A stretch of DNA of 64,000 bases, from positions 80,724,001-80,788,000 of the forward strand of contig OX597817.1 of NCBI GenBank assembly GCA_951406725.2, in the 5' to 3' direction. Source of the stretch: Octopus vulgaris. Taxonomy: Eukaryota. The notes under the pieces were generated by a model. The model searched no databases. It was not told the DNA's origin and was given only the letters and a program-made list of their open reading frames with translations. Positions 24,108-38,533 of this stretch are shown one piece after another (the first letter of the stretch is position 1; every line of letters begins with the position of its first letter). A program made the translations under genes and the position numbers.

Positions 24108-25076
24108 CTAGTACTTAAGAAAACTGATACAATACATTTCATGCTCTCTCTTTCTCTCTCCCTCCCTCCCACTCTCTCTCACTGATGATTACCGTTTTGC
24201 TCCCCTCTCTCCTTCCTTTCTTTCTTCTTGTTTATTCCAAGGTCATCTCGCTATCTATTTACTCCATGTTTGGTCTCTAACATTGAAGCGGTACTAGCAA
24301 CGCATTAGAAACATTCTATGACTGACAGAATATTATCATTAAGACGGTAAGTCTAAAACTAGTGTTTATACAGCAGTTAGCCGCCTTCTGTGTTGTTCTC
24401 TTGATTCGTCAGTAAAGGTCAAGAACGGCATTTCATCGAAATGCTTATTCGAGAAATTGAAACATCTCAGATCAATATGAATTACTTCCTGGATTTGTAA
24501 AGGTAATATATCTATCTTGACTAGAAAAGTAATGTGAAGTTTGGATACAGACTTTCTCTCTTCACTTGAAAATTAGTGTGAAGTCTAGATGTACATACAC
24601 AATCACTTGAAATATAGTACGAGATGCAAATGAACGCAATTCAGTCACCAGCATTTCACAAAATTTCTTTGATTCTGTATTTCGTCAAAAGGGCGGTGAG
24701 AATATTTCCTCCATTAAGACCGTTTTTTGATTAAGTATACTGTGTGGTTAATGGCTAATAGTTAAAGGTTAATGGATTACAGGAATGCCAATGATATCTC
24801 TGATCAAAAGCCCATACCAGATCGGTTATTTCATTAACATATGCGTATGCATACATGTGTGTATGTATTATTTTTTCTATCTTTTTACTTGTTTGCATCA
24901 TTAGGCTCCTGCCAGGCTGAAGCACCACCTTGACGTGTTTAATCGAAAAATTCAACCCCACTACTTTCTAAGTCTGGTGCTTATTTTATCGCTCTATTTT
25001 GTCGAACAGCTACGTAACGGTGAGAGGCACCTTGGGCCAGTGTGTTATGCTTCTAAATCACACAGCTATCTATACA

Positions 25077-25077
25077 T

Positions 25078-25165
<88 letters not shown>

Positions 25166-25360
25166 CTGACTGACTGACTGACTGACTGACTGACTGACTG
25201 GTTGACTGGCTGGCTGGTTGGTTGGTTGGTTGGTTGGTTGGTTGGTTGGTTGGTTGGTTGGTTGGTTGGTTGGTTGGTTGGTTGGTTGGTTGGTTGGTTG
25301 GTTGGTTGGTTGGTTGGTTGGTTGGTTGGTTGGTTGGTTGGTTGGTTGAGTGAGTGAGTG
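25077..25360. repeat. Compound microsatellite GATA>GA>GACT>GGCT>GGTT>GAGT
   Basis: Direct read. Confidence 0.95.
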
Positions 25361-26479
25361 ATTATCTACATTTAAAAATCCAGATAAATGACAAGCAAAG
25401 CTTCCGCATCATGTTCTGTGTCTTTGTGGTATATATTTAATAGGCAAGAAATGGGAGATGAGCTCGTTTACTGTGAGGTACACAAGTACTTATACTCATA
25501 TACACATGCACTCATATATTTAGTTCACTCACTTCATTTTGTCTCAGTGTCATACATTTCCCATACAATTTACAAATCCTACAATGTGTTACAATATACT
25601 TTGGCATAACTATTGAGTTCCTTATTGACGGAAATGAAGATGTACTTCATATTCAGTCCATTCCATTTTAATTTAGCGCAAGATTCAAATGCTTAAGAGA
25701 GACATGTGATGTTTTAAACTAGAATCCTACCCTGACGATATTGGTAAAGCATTTATACGTAAAATCCTTCATATCGATGATGATGCTGATACAGTTTGTG
25801 TAATACAGGCTCACACATAGGAAAACAAATAACAGGATTTCTAACTTTAATTTGATAATATTGTATAGTTAACAAGTTTTTATCATATTAAAAATGAAAG
25901 AGATCGTATCTGTCTTGTTTTCTTCCAAAGAATATATGAACAATTGTAAAGCGTTAAAGAGCAGAGATATCAAGGAAATGTGCTTCACTTCAGTCTAGAT
26001 TATATGTTGACCTAAGCCAGGCTTATTAACGCTATTCGCAAAGAGATGTTCTGTGTTTTATTGCTTAGTTAGAGAGAGAGAGAAGGCAGCGTCTGAAATT
26101 GAGGGGAAGTGAGGTCATCCTCACACTTGTGATGTGGTCCGTATGTTTGCACCATGGTGGACACTGGTGACAGTACCTATCCACTCAAGAGCCAGCTAGT
26201 GTTGCAGGTGATGCTAGAGATGCTGGTGATGCTGGTGGTGCTGATGGTGTTGGTGGTGGAGCCAGACCAATCACAATGCTTTATTCGAACCATGGTTATC
26301 GTAGAAGGCACTTCTTCAAGGTGACCTGCATTGGGATCGATCCTGAAATCACGAAATTGTGAAGTTAAATTTTCTTAACCTGAAATGCGGTTATATCCAG
26401 ATAGAAATATTAGCAATGTAGTGCAGAAAAATCAAGTTTGCATTATTTTATCAGACAAGAGGTTACCAGACAGTTTATC

Positions 26480-26690
26480 GAATGGCAGAATCGTTAAAGC
26501 GTTCGAAGAAATGCTTTATGGCATTTCTTCTGGCTCTTTGCGTTCTGAGTTCAAATCCCGTCGAACTCAACATCGCTTTTAATCACTTCAGACTGGTAAA
26601 ATAATATTCCAGTCACGTACTACGATCGATGGTATCAGCTAATCAGCTACTCTTAAAATTGCTGGCCGTGTGCCTAAGTTAAAACAATTA
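26480..26690 (+). mobile_element. Degenerate SINE family B
   Basis: TGGCAGAATCGTTAAAGCG..GAAATGCTT..GTTCTGAGTTCAAATCCCG. Confidence 0.7.
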
Positions 26691-27145
26691 TCATGAAACA
26701 ATAGATCTCATGCAAGAAACTGATAGAAAACTAAGGGCGTTCGTTAATTCTGTCTATCTTCCTGCTTGCAGAAGCTGGAAACGAAAATTTAGTTATTAAT
26801 ATCCTTGGAGATTTTACGACTTCGATGGTAATATGGCTGTACATTTCTTCCGCTTACTGATCAAGAAAAACAGAGTTTGATATCACCAATGGAATATATA
26901 TGATAAAGTTTGATGTTGTTGTTCAAAATTAAGTTCAAATAATAATAATTCGATTTCGAAAATGAAGAGAAATAGAATTAAAACTGATATTTGAGAACTT
27001 TAGTGTGTTACTCTCTCGGCTACAACGTCATGTCCATCAACATCATCATCGTAATCACCATCATTTCATGTGTCATATACTATATGTTATCGAGTCTATG
27101 TACCAGATAAGCTAACAAAATTTCCCTTTAAGTGGTGCTCCTTTA

Positions 27146-27327
<182 letters not shown>

Positions 27328-27876
27328 GAGTGAGAGAGCAGTACATGCCATCAAAGTGACACTGGGGTAAAATATACAAAGCCCAGTATACCCATCATGA
27401 CTACTCGTCTGATAAGGGTACACCAGGCACATGCATCACAACCATATGTGCGCGACATGGTGATCTCATATCAAGATAAACAGTACATGACCTTGCAGGT
27501 GAGGCCCAGTTAGAATTTTCTTCTGGTCGAGTAACCCATCACACTCAAAAGGTCCCTGAATAAGAGTTGTTTAAGGATGTTGAACGAAACACCCATGTTT
27601 CCAGGGGTGAATTATTCAAACCCCAAAGAATCCCTCTCAACTCATGGCTATGACGCTCCCCCACTACTTCTGCTCGTGATCAGAGATGCACATATCGTCA
27701 CCCACTAAGAAACATGCTCAACTGGTTAAGGTCAAACAACTGACAAGCAAATCTGTGGTATTGAGCAGAATGTTTGCTGTAGTCCATATTCTATACCAAG
27801 ACAAAATGTGCATAACACTTCCAATCAGTTAAGATCAGAAGCCATGAGAGCTACTGCCTGGTACTGCATCAGGGCA
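27328..27876. mobile_element. ~550-bp non-coding insertion embedded in (ATT)n
   Basis: Higher-GC unique block with sharp edges and (ATT)n on both sides. No ORF. Confidence 0.55.
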
Positions 27877-27893
27877 TTTTATTTATTTTTTTA

Positions 27894-27944
<51 letters not shown>

Positions 27945-27945
<1 letters not shown>

Positions 27946-28217
27946 GTGACCTACTGGTTATAGTGTTGCATTCACGATCTTGAGATCATGGTTTCAATTC
28001 CTAGACCGGGTGGTGCCCTGTGTTCTTGAACAAAACACATCATCTAACATTGCTCTGCGGTCACTTCGACACCTGTCATATGGTACAACGTGCTCATGTT
28101 CAGGCAACCTTGATTTGATTGAGAAAGTGAGCTAATGTACAGGATAAACACTTGATCACGATAAACAAATTATTTGAAAAGCTGAACATTCATACGTTGT
28201 CTTCGACGGTAGAGTTT
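27945..28217 (+). mobile_element. Degenerate SINE family C
   Basis: TGGTTATAGTG..CACGATCTTGAGATCATGGTTTCAATTCC..TGTGTTCTTGAACAAAACAC. Confidence 0.7.
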
Positions 28218-28233
28218 ATTATCAATATTATTA

Positions 28234-28464
28234 TTTCTTTATTACCCACAAGGGGCCAAACATAGAGGGGACATACAAGGACAGACAAAGAGATTAAGTC
28301 GATTACACCGATCCCAGTGCGTAACTGGTACTTAATTTATCGACCCCGAAAGGATGAAAAGCAAAGTCAACCTCGGCAGAATTTGGACTCAGAACGTAAC
28401 GGCAGACGAAATACTGCTAAGCATTTCGCCCGGTGTGCTAACGTTTCTGCCAGCTCGCCACCTT
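28234..28464 (-). mobile_element. SINE family B, next to a family C head (28465-28573, minus)
   Basis: Near-identical to 19774-20003. Confidence 0.9.
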
Positions 28465-29369
28465 AATGAAGTGTTTTGCTCAAGAATGCAACGCGTCGCC
28501 CGGTCCAGGAATCGAAACCACAATCTTACGATCATGATGCTGACACCCTAACCACTAAGCCACGCGCCTCCACACAATATTATAATCAATATTATTATTA
28601 TTATTTATACTCATCTCATGAATACAAATAGGACGTGGCCAGCTGGGTGTAATATAACCATTCTCTTCACAATCAGTACGTTCTGAATGTATCCAGATAG
28701 TTTCGATTTGGTAGGGGGTAAACATCTGTCCCTCTCTAAGCAATTGAGGTTGCTTTTATTTCGGTTTCTGACTTGCTTGCCAAACGTTCTATCGATGTCC
28801 CACTCATCCGTTACCCTACTATTAAACATTTAATATAATTATGACTAAAATCTTACACGAAGGATGCACGACTTATTAGCAAACGTCAAGAAGTAGACAT
28901 GAAGAGGAAGTGCGTTTTATTTTATCAAGATTATATTTCAGTCTCGAAAGCCTATAACATGTTATTTATGTAAAATAAAAGCATATGAGACGTTGGTCTG
29001 CCAAGAAAGGAAATCAAATCAATATTTTTGCGGTCGTTTCTGAAATCAAATTATCTGTATCCATCTCGTAGTATTCAAATAAATACTCAATACACATAAA
29101 GAAGGTATTAATTCAATATTAAGAGATATTGGACTGCAGACACCCTGGGGACGCACTCATGTGTTTAGTCGATCAATGTGACCCCTGTGTTAATTCTTTT
29201 AAAGTTTCGAACTTATTCTATCGAACACTTTTTGCTGAATTGCAACGTTACGGAGACGTAAACAATGGATAACAGCAGTGGAGACTAAAACAAATTATTT
29301 ACCTTATTTACATTATTTACATTTGACGGATGTTTGTCGTCATCTTATTTGTAGATAATTTAAACAATC

Positions 29370-30018
<649 letters not shown>

Positions 30019-30141
30019 TAATGTAAATAATGTACATAATTCTTCATCTCTTAAATATAGAACTGTAAAACAAAGGCATATACATATACATATTGACACA
30101 CACATGCACCACACACATACACACACACATACATACATAAT

Positions 30142-30580
30142 CGTGGCTGTGTGATAAGACGTTTGCTTCCCAACTATATGGTTCCGGGCTCAGTCTCGCT
30201 GCGCGGCGCTGCAGACAAGTTTCTTCTACTATTGCTTCAGGACGCAGTGGATTTGGTAGACCGAAACCGACAGAAGCCTGTTGTATAAATGCATGTGTGG
30301 GTGCGCCCGCGCGTACGTGTGTGTGCGTGTGTGTGTGTGTGCATGCGTGCGTGTGTATGTGTCTTTGTGTCTGCGTTTGTTCCCCGGCCACTGCTTGACA
30401 ACCGGTATTAGTGTGTTTACCGTCTCCATGTCTTAACGGTTCACAAAAGAGTCCGATGAAATAAGTACCAGGCGAAAACAAAATAAGTTCTGGGGTCGAT
30501 TCATTCGACTAAAAGTTCTTCAACATGATGCCCCAGCATGGCCGCAGTCTAATGACTGCAACAAGCAAGAGGTAAACGAT
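30142..30580 (+). mobile_element. SINE family A
   Basis: Family head, body and tail. Confidence 0.85.
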
Positions 30581-30734
30581 CAATATATATTTGATGTGCT
30601 TGTACACTGTGTCCGTCTACCAACATTACTCATAATGTATCTATGTATTGAAACAATGAGACCGAAGATTAAAAAATGGGTAATGGGGTATATAATATAT
30701 CTCAGGAGCTTTTGCTACCACATCAGCACCTGTA

Positions 30735-31021
30735 GGCGCAGGAGTGGCTTCCAAACCACATGGTTCTGTCCTACAGCGTGGCACTTTGGGCAAGTGTCTT
30801 CTACTATACCGTCGGGCCGACCAAAGCCTTGTGAGACGATTTGGTCGACGAAAAGTGAAAGAAGCCCGTCATACATATATATATGTATCTTTCTGTCGAA
30901 GAGCGTAGGCTCGAAACGTAAAAGACTTGTTCTATTTCTATTCCTGAGCGCCATACTAATACATTTGTTTGTTTGTACTCCACCTGCCTTCGTCTTTTGT
31001 TTATTTTCGTAAACCTTCCCG

Positions 31022-31100
<79 letters not shown>

Positions 31101-31385
31101 TGTATGTATGTATGTATGTGTGTGCGTGCGCGTATTCGTGTTTGTATTTGTGTGTGTCTGTGTTTGTCGCGTCACCATTGCTTGACAACCAATGTTGGTG
31201 TGTTTACGTCACCGTAACATAGCGGTTCTGCAAGAGGGAACGATAGAATAAGTACTGGTTCTGGATTCAGTCCTAGTGCGTGGCACCTTGGGCAAGGGTC
31301 TTCTACGATACCGTCGGGCCGACCAAAACCTTGTGAGACGAATTGGTCGACGGAAACTGAAAGAAGCCCGTTGTATATATATATA

Positions 31386-31436
<51 letters not shown>

Positions 31437-31662
31437 TTGTGTGTATCTGTGTGCATCTGTGTTTGTCGCGCTACCATTGCTTGATAACCGATGTTGGTGT
31501 GTTTACTTCACCGTAACATGGCGGTTCGGCAAAAGGGACCGATAGAATAAGTACTGGGCTTACAAAGAATAAGTCCTGGGGTCGATTTGTTCGACTAAAG
31601 ACGGTGCTCCAGCATGGCCGCAGTCAAAATGACTAAAGCAAGTAAAAAGAGAAAGAAAAAGA
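30735..31662 (+). mobile_element. Tandem dimer of SINE family A; the first unit carries a hammerhead element (30884-31024) in its (TA)n
   Basis: Two units share the private variant ATACCGTCGGGCCGACCAAA.CCTTGTGAGACGA.TTGGTCGACG. Junction ~31256. Confidence 0.85.
30888..30925 (+). ncRNA. Minimal hammerhead (A6->U variant)
   Basis: TCTTT-CTGTCGA-A-GAGC(GTAG)GCTC-GAAA-CG-TA-AAAGA. Same family as 9246-9283. Confidence 0.7.
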
Positions 31663-32533
31663 GTACCCAACCCATTAATCATCTTTGATCTCATTGTTTG
31701 TTTACACCTGGCTTGTAAGATACGAAGCATCGCAACAAAATCAGTGCTGGCTAAAATTTCAATGGAAAATTTGCGGAGATAACCTTAACAAGTAACGTAA
31801 GAGCACTGATAACACCGTAGAACACAGTATTGACTAACAGGAGTCTTTAAGCTATTAACAGCCAAATTATTTTTATTCATATTTTTTTTTTGGCTTTGCC
31901 AGATGTCTGAGGAGTTAAAATAATAAACAGTATTTAAATTTTCTTTATAAGGGAATTATTTTGGAAATTATGAGAAAGTTCTCGGAAAGTCCCAAATGGG
32001 GATCGTTGAAAAGAAAAAGCATATTAACCCTTTTCTATTCAATTGCAATAATAAACATTTTAGATTTTTTTTTTCTTGAAACTATAGTATCAAATACGAA
32101 TGTGTATGAAATATCAATGAATGATATAGATAAGAAATTCAAAAAAGAACAGACGTTTTCAAAACTCAATATTTTTGCAGTTCAAAAATTGCGATTTATA
32201 ATATAAAATGTGCTCTAGAATTAACCAGAGCAAATAATGACAAACTCTAACTACTAAATATTGTTAAACACACCTCTGCAAATGCAATGTACATCAGCAA
32301 TTCATTTTGAATACAACAAACAACCGGCAGTGAGACTGTTTTTAGCAGATCCTCGAATAGGGCTTATGACAGGTAATGCGTTAATATACTTTGTAGTATG
32401 TTTTGGTTGTATATCTAAACACCGTATCCCTTACAAGTCATTAATATCTATGCCCCAGCTTCCAATAACGTTACACCACAACATTTAGTGGCTAATTAAG
32501 CAAAGAGTTCGTGGATGATTAATGGGTTGAATG

Positions 32534-32574
32534 GGTTCTGATGAAGGATCATAAACTCCTGAAACATGTCATAC
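32534..32574 (+). ncRNA. Minimal hammerhead with intact core
   Basis: CTGATGA-AGGA(TCATAAAC)TCCT-GAAA-CATG-TC-ATAC. Palindromic ACATGT, stem I decayed. Confidence 0.7.
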
Positions 32575-32977
32575 ACGCCCATTACCCATTTTCTCATCTT
32601 CGGTCTCATTGTAAGTTTACATTTAGCGTCTCGTATATGAAATGTCGTAACAAAATCAGTCGTGGCTATAATCTTTATACAATATCTGTAGAGATAACTC
32701 AAGACAGTTTTAGCCTCTTAATTTGGCAATACCCAGATGTTATTCTTTTGGAGAACTTATGTTGTTTTTCCTCCAGAGGCTGTTCTGAAGTTCACTCTGG
32801 TCTTCTAACGAGTTTACTGAATGCTTCACCGGTCAGGTACATCATCAAGATATTGGAGATATTGGAGACCCTGTCAATCCAAGAACTTTCTAATTGCTTC
32901 CACAATTCTTAATGTATTTGCCGAGTACATTGCTAGCTATGGCGAGCGCAATGAATGTCGTGGCGTAACGCACGTAC

Positions 32978-33291
32978 GTGGTAAGCAGGTTGCTTACCAA
33001 CCACATGGTTCCGGGTTCAGTCCTACTGCGTGGAACCTTGAACAAGTGTCTTCTATTATAGCCTCGGGCCGAACAAAGCCTTGTAGTGGAAACTGAAAAA
33101 ACCCGTCGCATATGTGTGTGTGTCTATGTGTTTGCCCTCCTCATCATCGCTTGACAACTGATGCTGGTATCTTTACGTCCTCGTAACTTAACGGTTTGGC
33201 AAAAGAGACCGATAGGGTAAGTACTAGGCATACAAAGGTTAAGTCTTGGGGTCAGTTTGTTCGACCAAAGTCAGTGCTCCAGCATGGCCGC
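32978..33291 (+). mobile_element. SINE family A
   Basis: Family head and body. Confidence 0.85.
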
Positions 33292-33370
33292 ATTGACAGG
33301 CATGCACAGATAGATAGGCAGAGTAGTTGGAGGAGGAACGCTTTATATGGGTCCGCATATGTGTATGTAC

Positions 33371-33440
<70 letters not shown>

Positions 33441-33477
33441 AAATACGTGAGTTACTGAATGGAGTAGGAAAAGTTCG

Positions 33478-33584
33478 GGCTACATATGTTTCATAGCGAG
33501 TGGAATCTCAAAAGTGATAAAACCCAAGCGATGTGTATACCCAAGCGATATGTATACCCAAGCGATGTGTATACTCTTCAGGCC
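33478..33584 (-). ncRNA. Hammerhead-like motif with a 17-bp x3 tandem repeat inside stem II
   Basis: Minus: GGC-CTGAAGA-GTA...TAT-GAAA-CATATG-TA-GCC. Repeat ACCCAAGCGAT(G/A)TGTAT at 33522, 33539 and 33556. ~35 bp from (TA)n. Confidence 0.65.
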
Positions 33585-33970
33585 AAAGATATCTTGCAGG
33601 GAGGTACAGAGGATTTGATCAGAATGTGTGCAGGGCACAGTATGTGAGGGGTATATAAATGTAGGGAGAAATAAATATTACAAACAAGGGAAGAAAGAAT
33701 TGAAAGAAAAATAAAGAAGTGAATAAAATAAAATAAAATAAAATAAAGAGAAGTGAGAGGAAGGGGAAATTCGCCAGCTCAGTAGCAGATAATATAATAG
33801 TCTCCTGTCAAAGCTCATTTCTCCAGCGTTCACCACTTCTTCTCGTTATAGCTTAACAGCCCTTAGCGTTTATCTTTAGTTTTGTTGTCACTGTCCTGTT
33901 TTTGTAACCACTTTAACCCTCTGCAGATCCCAAATTTTATATAATTTCCTTTCGGGAACGACTGTTTTAA

Positions 33971-34038
33971 CGAAATCGCGTTTTGTCCCAACGTTCAAAA
34001 CGCGGAGTAGATAAAACAGGGGACAACTGATGATGGGA
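33971..34038 (+). ncRNA. Permuted (type II-order) hammerhead candidate
   Basis: C-GAAA-TCGCG-TT-TTGTCCC...GGGACAA-CTGATGA. A 7-bp closed stem I joins the two core halves. Stem II is not obvious. Confidence 0.45.
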
Positions 34039-34254
34039 TTTTTCTTTACGTTGCCTGTCTCGTTTCTCTATTTGTTTCTTTCGTTGTTCGAAAAAAAGTT
34101 CGTTTTCCATGTTTTTTATGTTCTCGTTTTTCATTTTGTTCACGTTTTTTGACGTCATGCACCCATACATGCATGTATATATACATATATATGTAAGAAT
34201 GTACATGTATGTATGTATATATGCGTACTTAAATATATATTATTTATATTATAT

Positions 34255-34322
<68 letters not shown>

Positions 34323-34666
34323 TAAAGGAAAAAGAGAGAAAGAAATAAAGAGAGAGAGAGAGAGTTTCTTTCAGGTCTATTGTGCTTTTTTGTTTTCCCG
34401 TGTAGTGATAGCTTTTGTACCCTGTTCCATAATTTTGTGCGTAAATTTCTGTTACGGGAGCGTTCTCAATTTCATTCCTTTGTTTTAGTGTCCCTGTAAA
34501 ATCTTTTGGTATTAGTACATATAAATAGTTAGTTGTCGATAAGAGAATTTCTTTCAAGGATCTGTTATGTTACTTTAATGGTGTTGCTTGTTTATCTGCA
34601 TCTTACGTCCCTCCTTTTGTATGATCTCTCTTCTTATTCTTCATCATCATCATCATCAAATTTTGG

Positions 34667-35033
34667 GGGAAGTGGCAAGCCGATAAGATCGACACCAGTA
34701 CGCAACTGGTACTTAATTTGTCGACCCCGAAAGTATGAAAGGCAAAGTCGACCTCGGCGGAATTTCGGAATTTGAATTCAGAGCGTAGAGACAGACGAAA
34801 TACCTGTTTCTTTATTACCCACAAGGAGCTAAACATAGAGAGGACAAACAAGGACAGACAAACGGATTAAGTTGATTATATCGACCTCAGTGCGTAACTG
34901 GTACTTATTTAATCGACCCGGAAAAAATGAAAGGCAAAGTCGACCTCGGCGGAATTTGAACTCAGAAAATAACGGCAGACGAAATACTGCTAAGCACTTC
35001 GCCCGGCGTGCTAACGTTTCTGCCAGCTCGCCG
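34667..35033 (-). mobile_element. SINE family B: full copy plus adjacent partial copy
   Basis: Two GAAAGGCAAAGTCGACCTCGGCGGAATTT cores (~34737 and ~34929). Confidence 0.88.
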
Positions 35034-35432
35034 CTCTTTTTATATTTTCATTTTCGTTTAAATCAGGTTCGCCTCAGAGTTAACTCTGGTTCATTTGTTA
35101 TTACTCGAATGTTTATTTCTCTGTTTGCTTTTATCTCTGGTGTCGGAGCTTTATTTTCGTTGTGTCTTGGTATTTGCTTCCATATCTCTATGTAGATATC
35201 GATAAACTCTTCTTGTTTCTCTCACTTATACACAACATTTTTCTCTTTGCCTCTCTAGCAAGAGACATTGAGAATGGTCACTTGTACTTGTTTTAACTGA
35301 ATAGTTCCATGCTTACTTGTTTTGTTTCGATAAATACATACACACACGCACACACACAAACACAAGCATACACATACACACACACACACACATATATATA
35401 TATGTATGTATATATTATTATTATTATTATTA

Positions 35433-35499
<67 letters not shown>

Positions 35500-35698
35500 A
35501 TTCATTAGTAATTATGTATTGATCTTATGCATGAACCTCATTCTTCTAAAATATATATAGGCAAGAAAAGATTATCAAAACTTTTTCTTTCTCTTCCCAA
35601 ATTGCTATCAGAAGAGAATATGAAAAGTTGTCACAATAAATTACCAAAAATTCCAAAATCTGAAGCAACATCTTTCATGAGGGAAATCCTGAAAAATA

Positions 35699-35754
<56 letters not shown>

Positions 35755-35827
35755 CACATATATGTATATATATATATGTATATATATGTTTATATATATA
35801 TATATTTACACATATATGTATATATAT

Positions 35828-35879
<52 letters not shown>

Positions 35880-36745
35880 GTCTTGTTCTAGTTTTTTATA
35901 CTATACATTTTTTTTTGTCCGTTATTTCTTGTACCTTACTTTTCTAAGATAAAGAAATGAGTTTTCAAAACTAATAGAACACAACCAATAAACAGATAAA
36001 CATATACATACGTAAATAAATAAATAAAATGAACGTATATACATAAAAAAGAAGATTCAACGAGAAAATAAAAGAAAAATTGAATTAGTACAAATATTAA
36101 AGAATTTACTGAAAAGTTCGATGACAATGTCACCATAGAAAAAGTAAATAAATAAATAATGCATAATCTATTTTTAGTTGGGCACCCAGCAAACGGAGAT
36201 TAATCATGAATTGACAAAGAGGACACGGACAAAATCCTTAATCATCAAATCAGTAATGAAATACAAGTGAAAAAGTAATTTCCTCTGTAGAAATCAGTTT
36301 GGTGTTATTTTCTTAGGCTTGCTGCTCTATTTTGCGAAAAATCGTAAAATACTATAAGAAATCATATCTCAAAAACGAGTTTGGGGAAATTTGAAAAAAG
36401 ACAAAAAATATATGAATCCTCTCGTTTTCTTTCGTTTGTTTGTGCTTGTGTTTTGTTTTGTTCTGTTTTGTTTTTAGTTTCTCCATCTTTTCGACTTCTT
36501 TCTGTTGTTCACCAAAAGATCGACATTTTTATGTATATACTAAATTCAAACAAAATGTTGAAAAATGTTTAACACTGAAATAATGTAGACATGCAACGTT
36601 CACAGAAATACAATTATTCACGAAAAATTCGGCAGTCACTCAAAGACGCTTGGACATTGACAGTTATTCAAGCGGGAAACTGCGAATGAAGTATAAGCTT
36701 TACATAAAGAAATAATATATACATAAAACTAATAATGATATTAAC

Positions 36746-36823
<78 letters not shown>

Positions 36824-37073
36824 TATAATAATAATAATAATAATGATAATAATAATAATAATAGGCATTGAATACTCATTTTCAGGTTTGTGTATTCAAA
36901 TACACATACACACGCGTGCATATATATATAAATATATATATATACAAACACATACATATATACACGTATAATATATATATATAATCAATTAAAAAACAGA
37001 GAAAAAAACAAAAGTGTGGACGTAGCACAAGCAACGTATTGATAAGAAGGTCAGAGAAGGAGAAGAGTAGTAG

Positions 37074-37106
37074 TTATACATTTCGAGCATACCTCTTCAT
37101 CAGAAG
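37074..37106 (-). ncRNA. Minimal hammerhead-like motif in a (TA)n-flanked element (~36984-37170)
   Basis: Minus: CTGATGA-A-GAG(GTATG)CTC-GAAA-TG-TA. Stem I poor. Confidence 0.55.
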
Positions 37107-37169
37107 CAGGAAAAAAACAGGGATGTCTAAAACGAAGCAACAAGATCACCAACAATCACGTGCGGTTAC

Positions 37170-37222
<53 letters not shown>

Positions 37223-37323
37223 TGTGTGTGTGTGTGTCTGATATATATATCAGACGCCATGATAGATCGTTAGCCACTACACACATTTTTTCTCTCCTTG
37301 TTTCTCTCCTTGTTTTCTGTCTC

Positions 37324-37361
37324 CCTTTCTGTAGAAGAGCGTAGGCTCGAAACGTAAAAGA
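37324..37361 (+). ncRNA. Minimal hammerhead (A6->U variant) in a (TA)n-flanked element (37252-37452)
   Basis: CTTT-CTGTAGA-A-GAGC(GTAG)GCTC-GAAA-CG-TA-AAAG. Third copy of the family. Confidence 0.7.
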
Positions 37362-37689
37362 CGTTTTCTATACCTGAACGTTATACTAATACATCTGTTT
37401 GTTTTGTACACCACCTGTCTTCGTCTTTTGTTTTTTCCGTAAACTCTTCCTATATATATATACAAGAATACAAAAAATGGAGCAAGAACGCAACAGGCGA
37501 CAGCATAACATCCAGATAGTTAGATGATACAAAAAGGGACAAGAAATAACAAGGATGGGTCATTCGGAGTTTTCTTTCCTCAGTCGATCATCTTTGCGAT
37601 TTGTAAAACTAAAGCGGTCAAATTTTCTTCCCGAACCATGGATACTAAGTCTGGTTTCCGAATTCTATGAAGTATATATATTTTTTTCC

Positions 37690-37860
37690 TCAGGATAGAA
37701 CGCCAGTCCACCACAGGTTTACTCATTTTTGAGTGGACTGGAGCTGCATGAGACGAAGTATTTTGCTCAAGAACATAACGCATCACCCTGTCCTGGGACC
37801 GAAACAACAATCTTACAATCATGAGTCCAACACTCCAACAATTAAGCTACGCACCTCCAC
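37690..37860 (-). mobile_element. Degenerate SINE family C
   Basis: Reverse complement of the GTGGAGGTGCGTAGCTTAA..TGTTCTTGAGCAAAATAC..GCTCCAGTCCACTC head and central domain. Confidence 0.7.
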
Positions 37861-38150
37861 AGCAAATATATCAAGGAATTTGAATTCACTTTTACCGAAT
37901 TTGACACTAGATGAACGGCGACTGAGGGAATCCATTGGATGCATCTTGAAACTAATATCACGCACCACTGAACCACCTACAGATCGACATTTCTCATAAT
38001 CAAATTGCCAGTCGTTCAACTAATAGCCTAACAAAACGATGGATCGTTAATTTAATGAACTGATCATCTGTCTGACTATCACATCTATATTGTCGTTTTC
38101 TGCTTGTGTAACTCCCTGAACATATTCTCCGTCTTCTAAGGTTATATATA

Positions 38151-38311
38151 AGCGCAGACGTAAATGTGTACTAAGAAGCTTACTTCCCAACAGTTGGTTC
38201 CGGATTCAGTCTCACTGCGTGGCACCTTAGGCAACTGTCTTCTGCTATAGCTTCGGGTTTACCAAGGCCTTGTGAGTGGATTTGGTTGATGGAAATTGGA
38301 AGAATCCCATC

Positions 38312-38355
<44 letters not shown>

Positions 38356-38532
38356 GCATGCACATGTATATATCTAAGTGTGTGTGTGACTCTCTATTTG
38401 TCTTTGAGTTTGTCCTCCACCACTGCTTGACAACTAGTGTTGGTGTGTTTATATTCCCGTAACTTAGCGGTTCGGCAAAAGTGACCGATAGAATAAATAC
38501 TAGGCTTTACAAAATTTTGTTCGACTAAAAGT
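38151..38532 (+). mobile_element. SINE family A, tail truncated
   Basis: Family head and body. Confidence 0.8.
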
Positions 38533-38533
38533 T

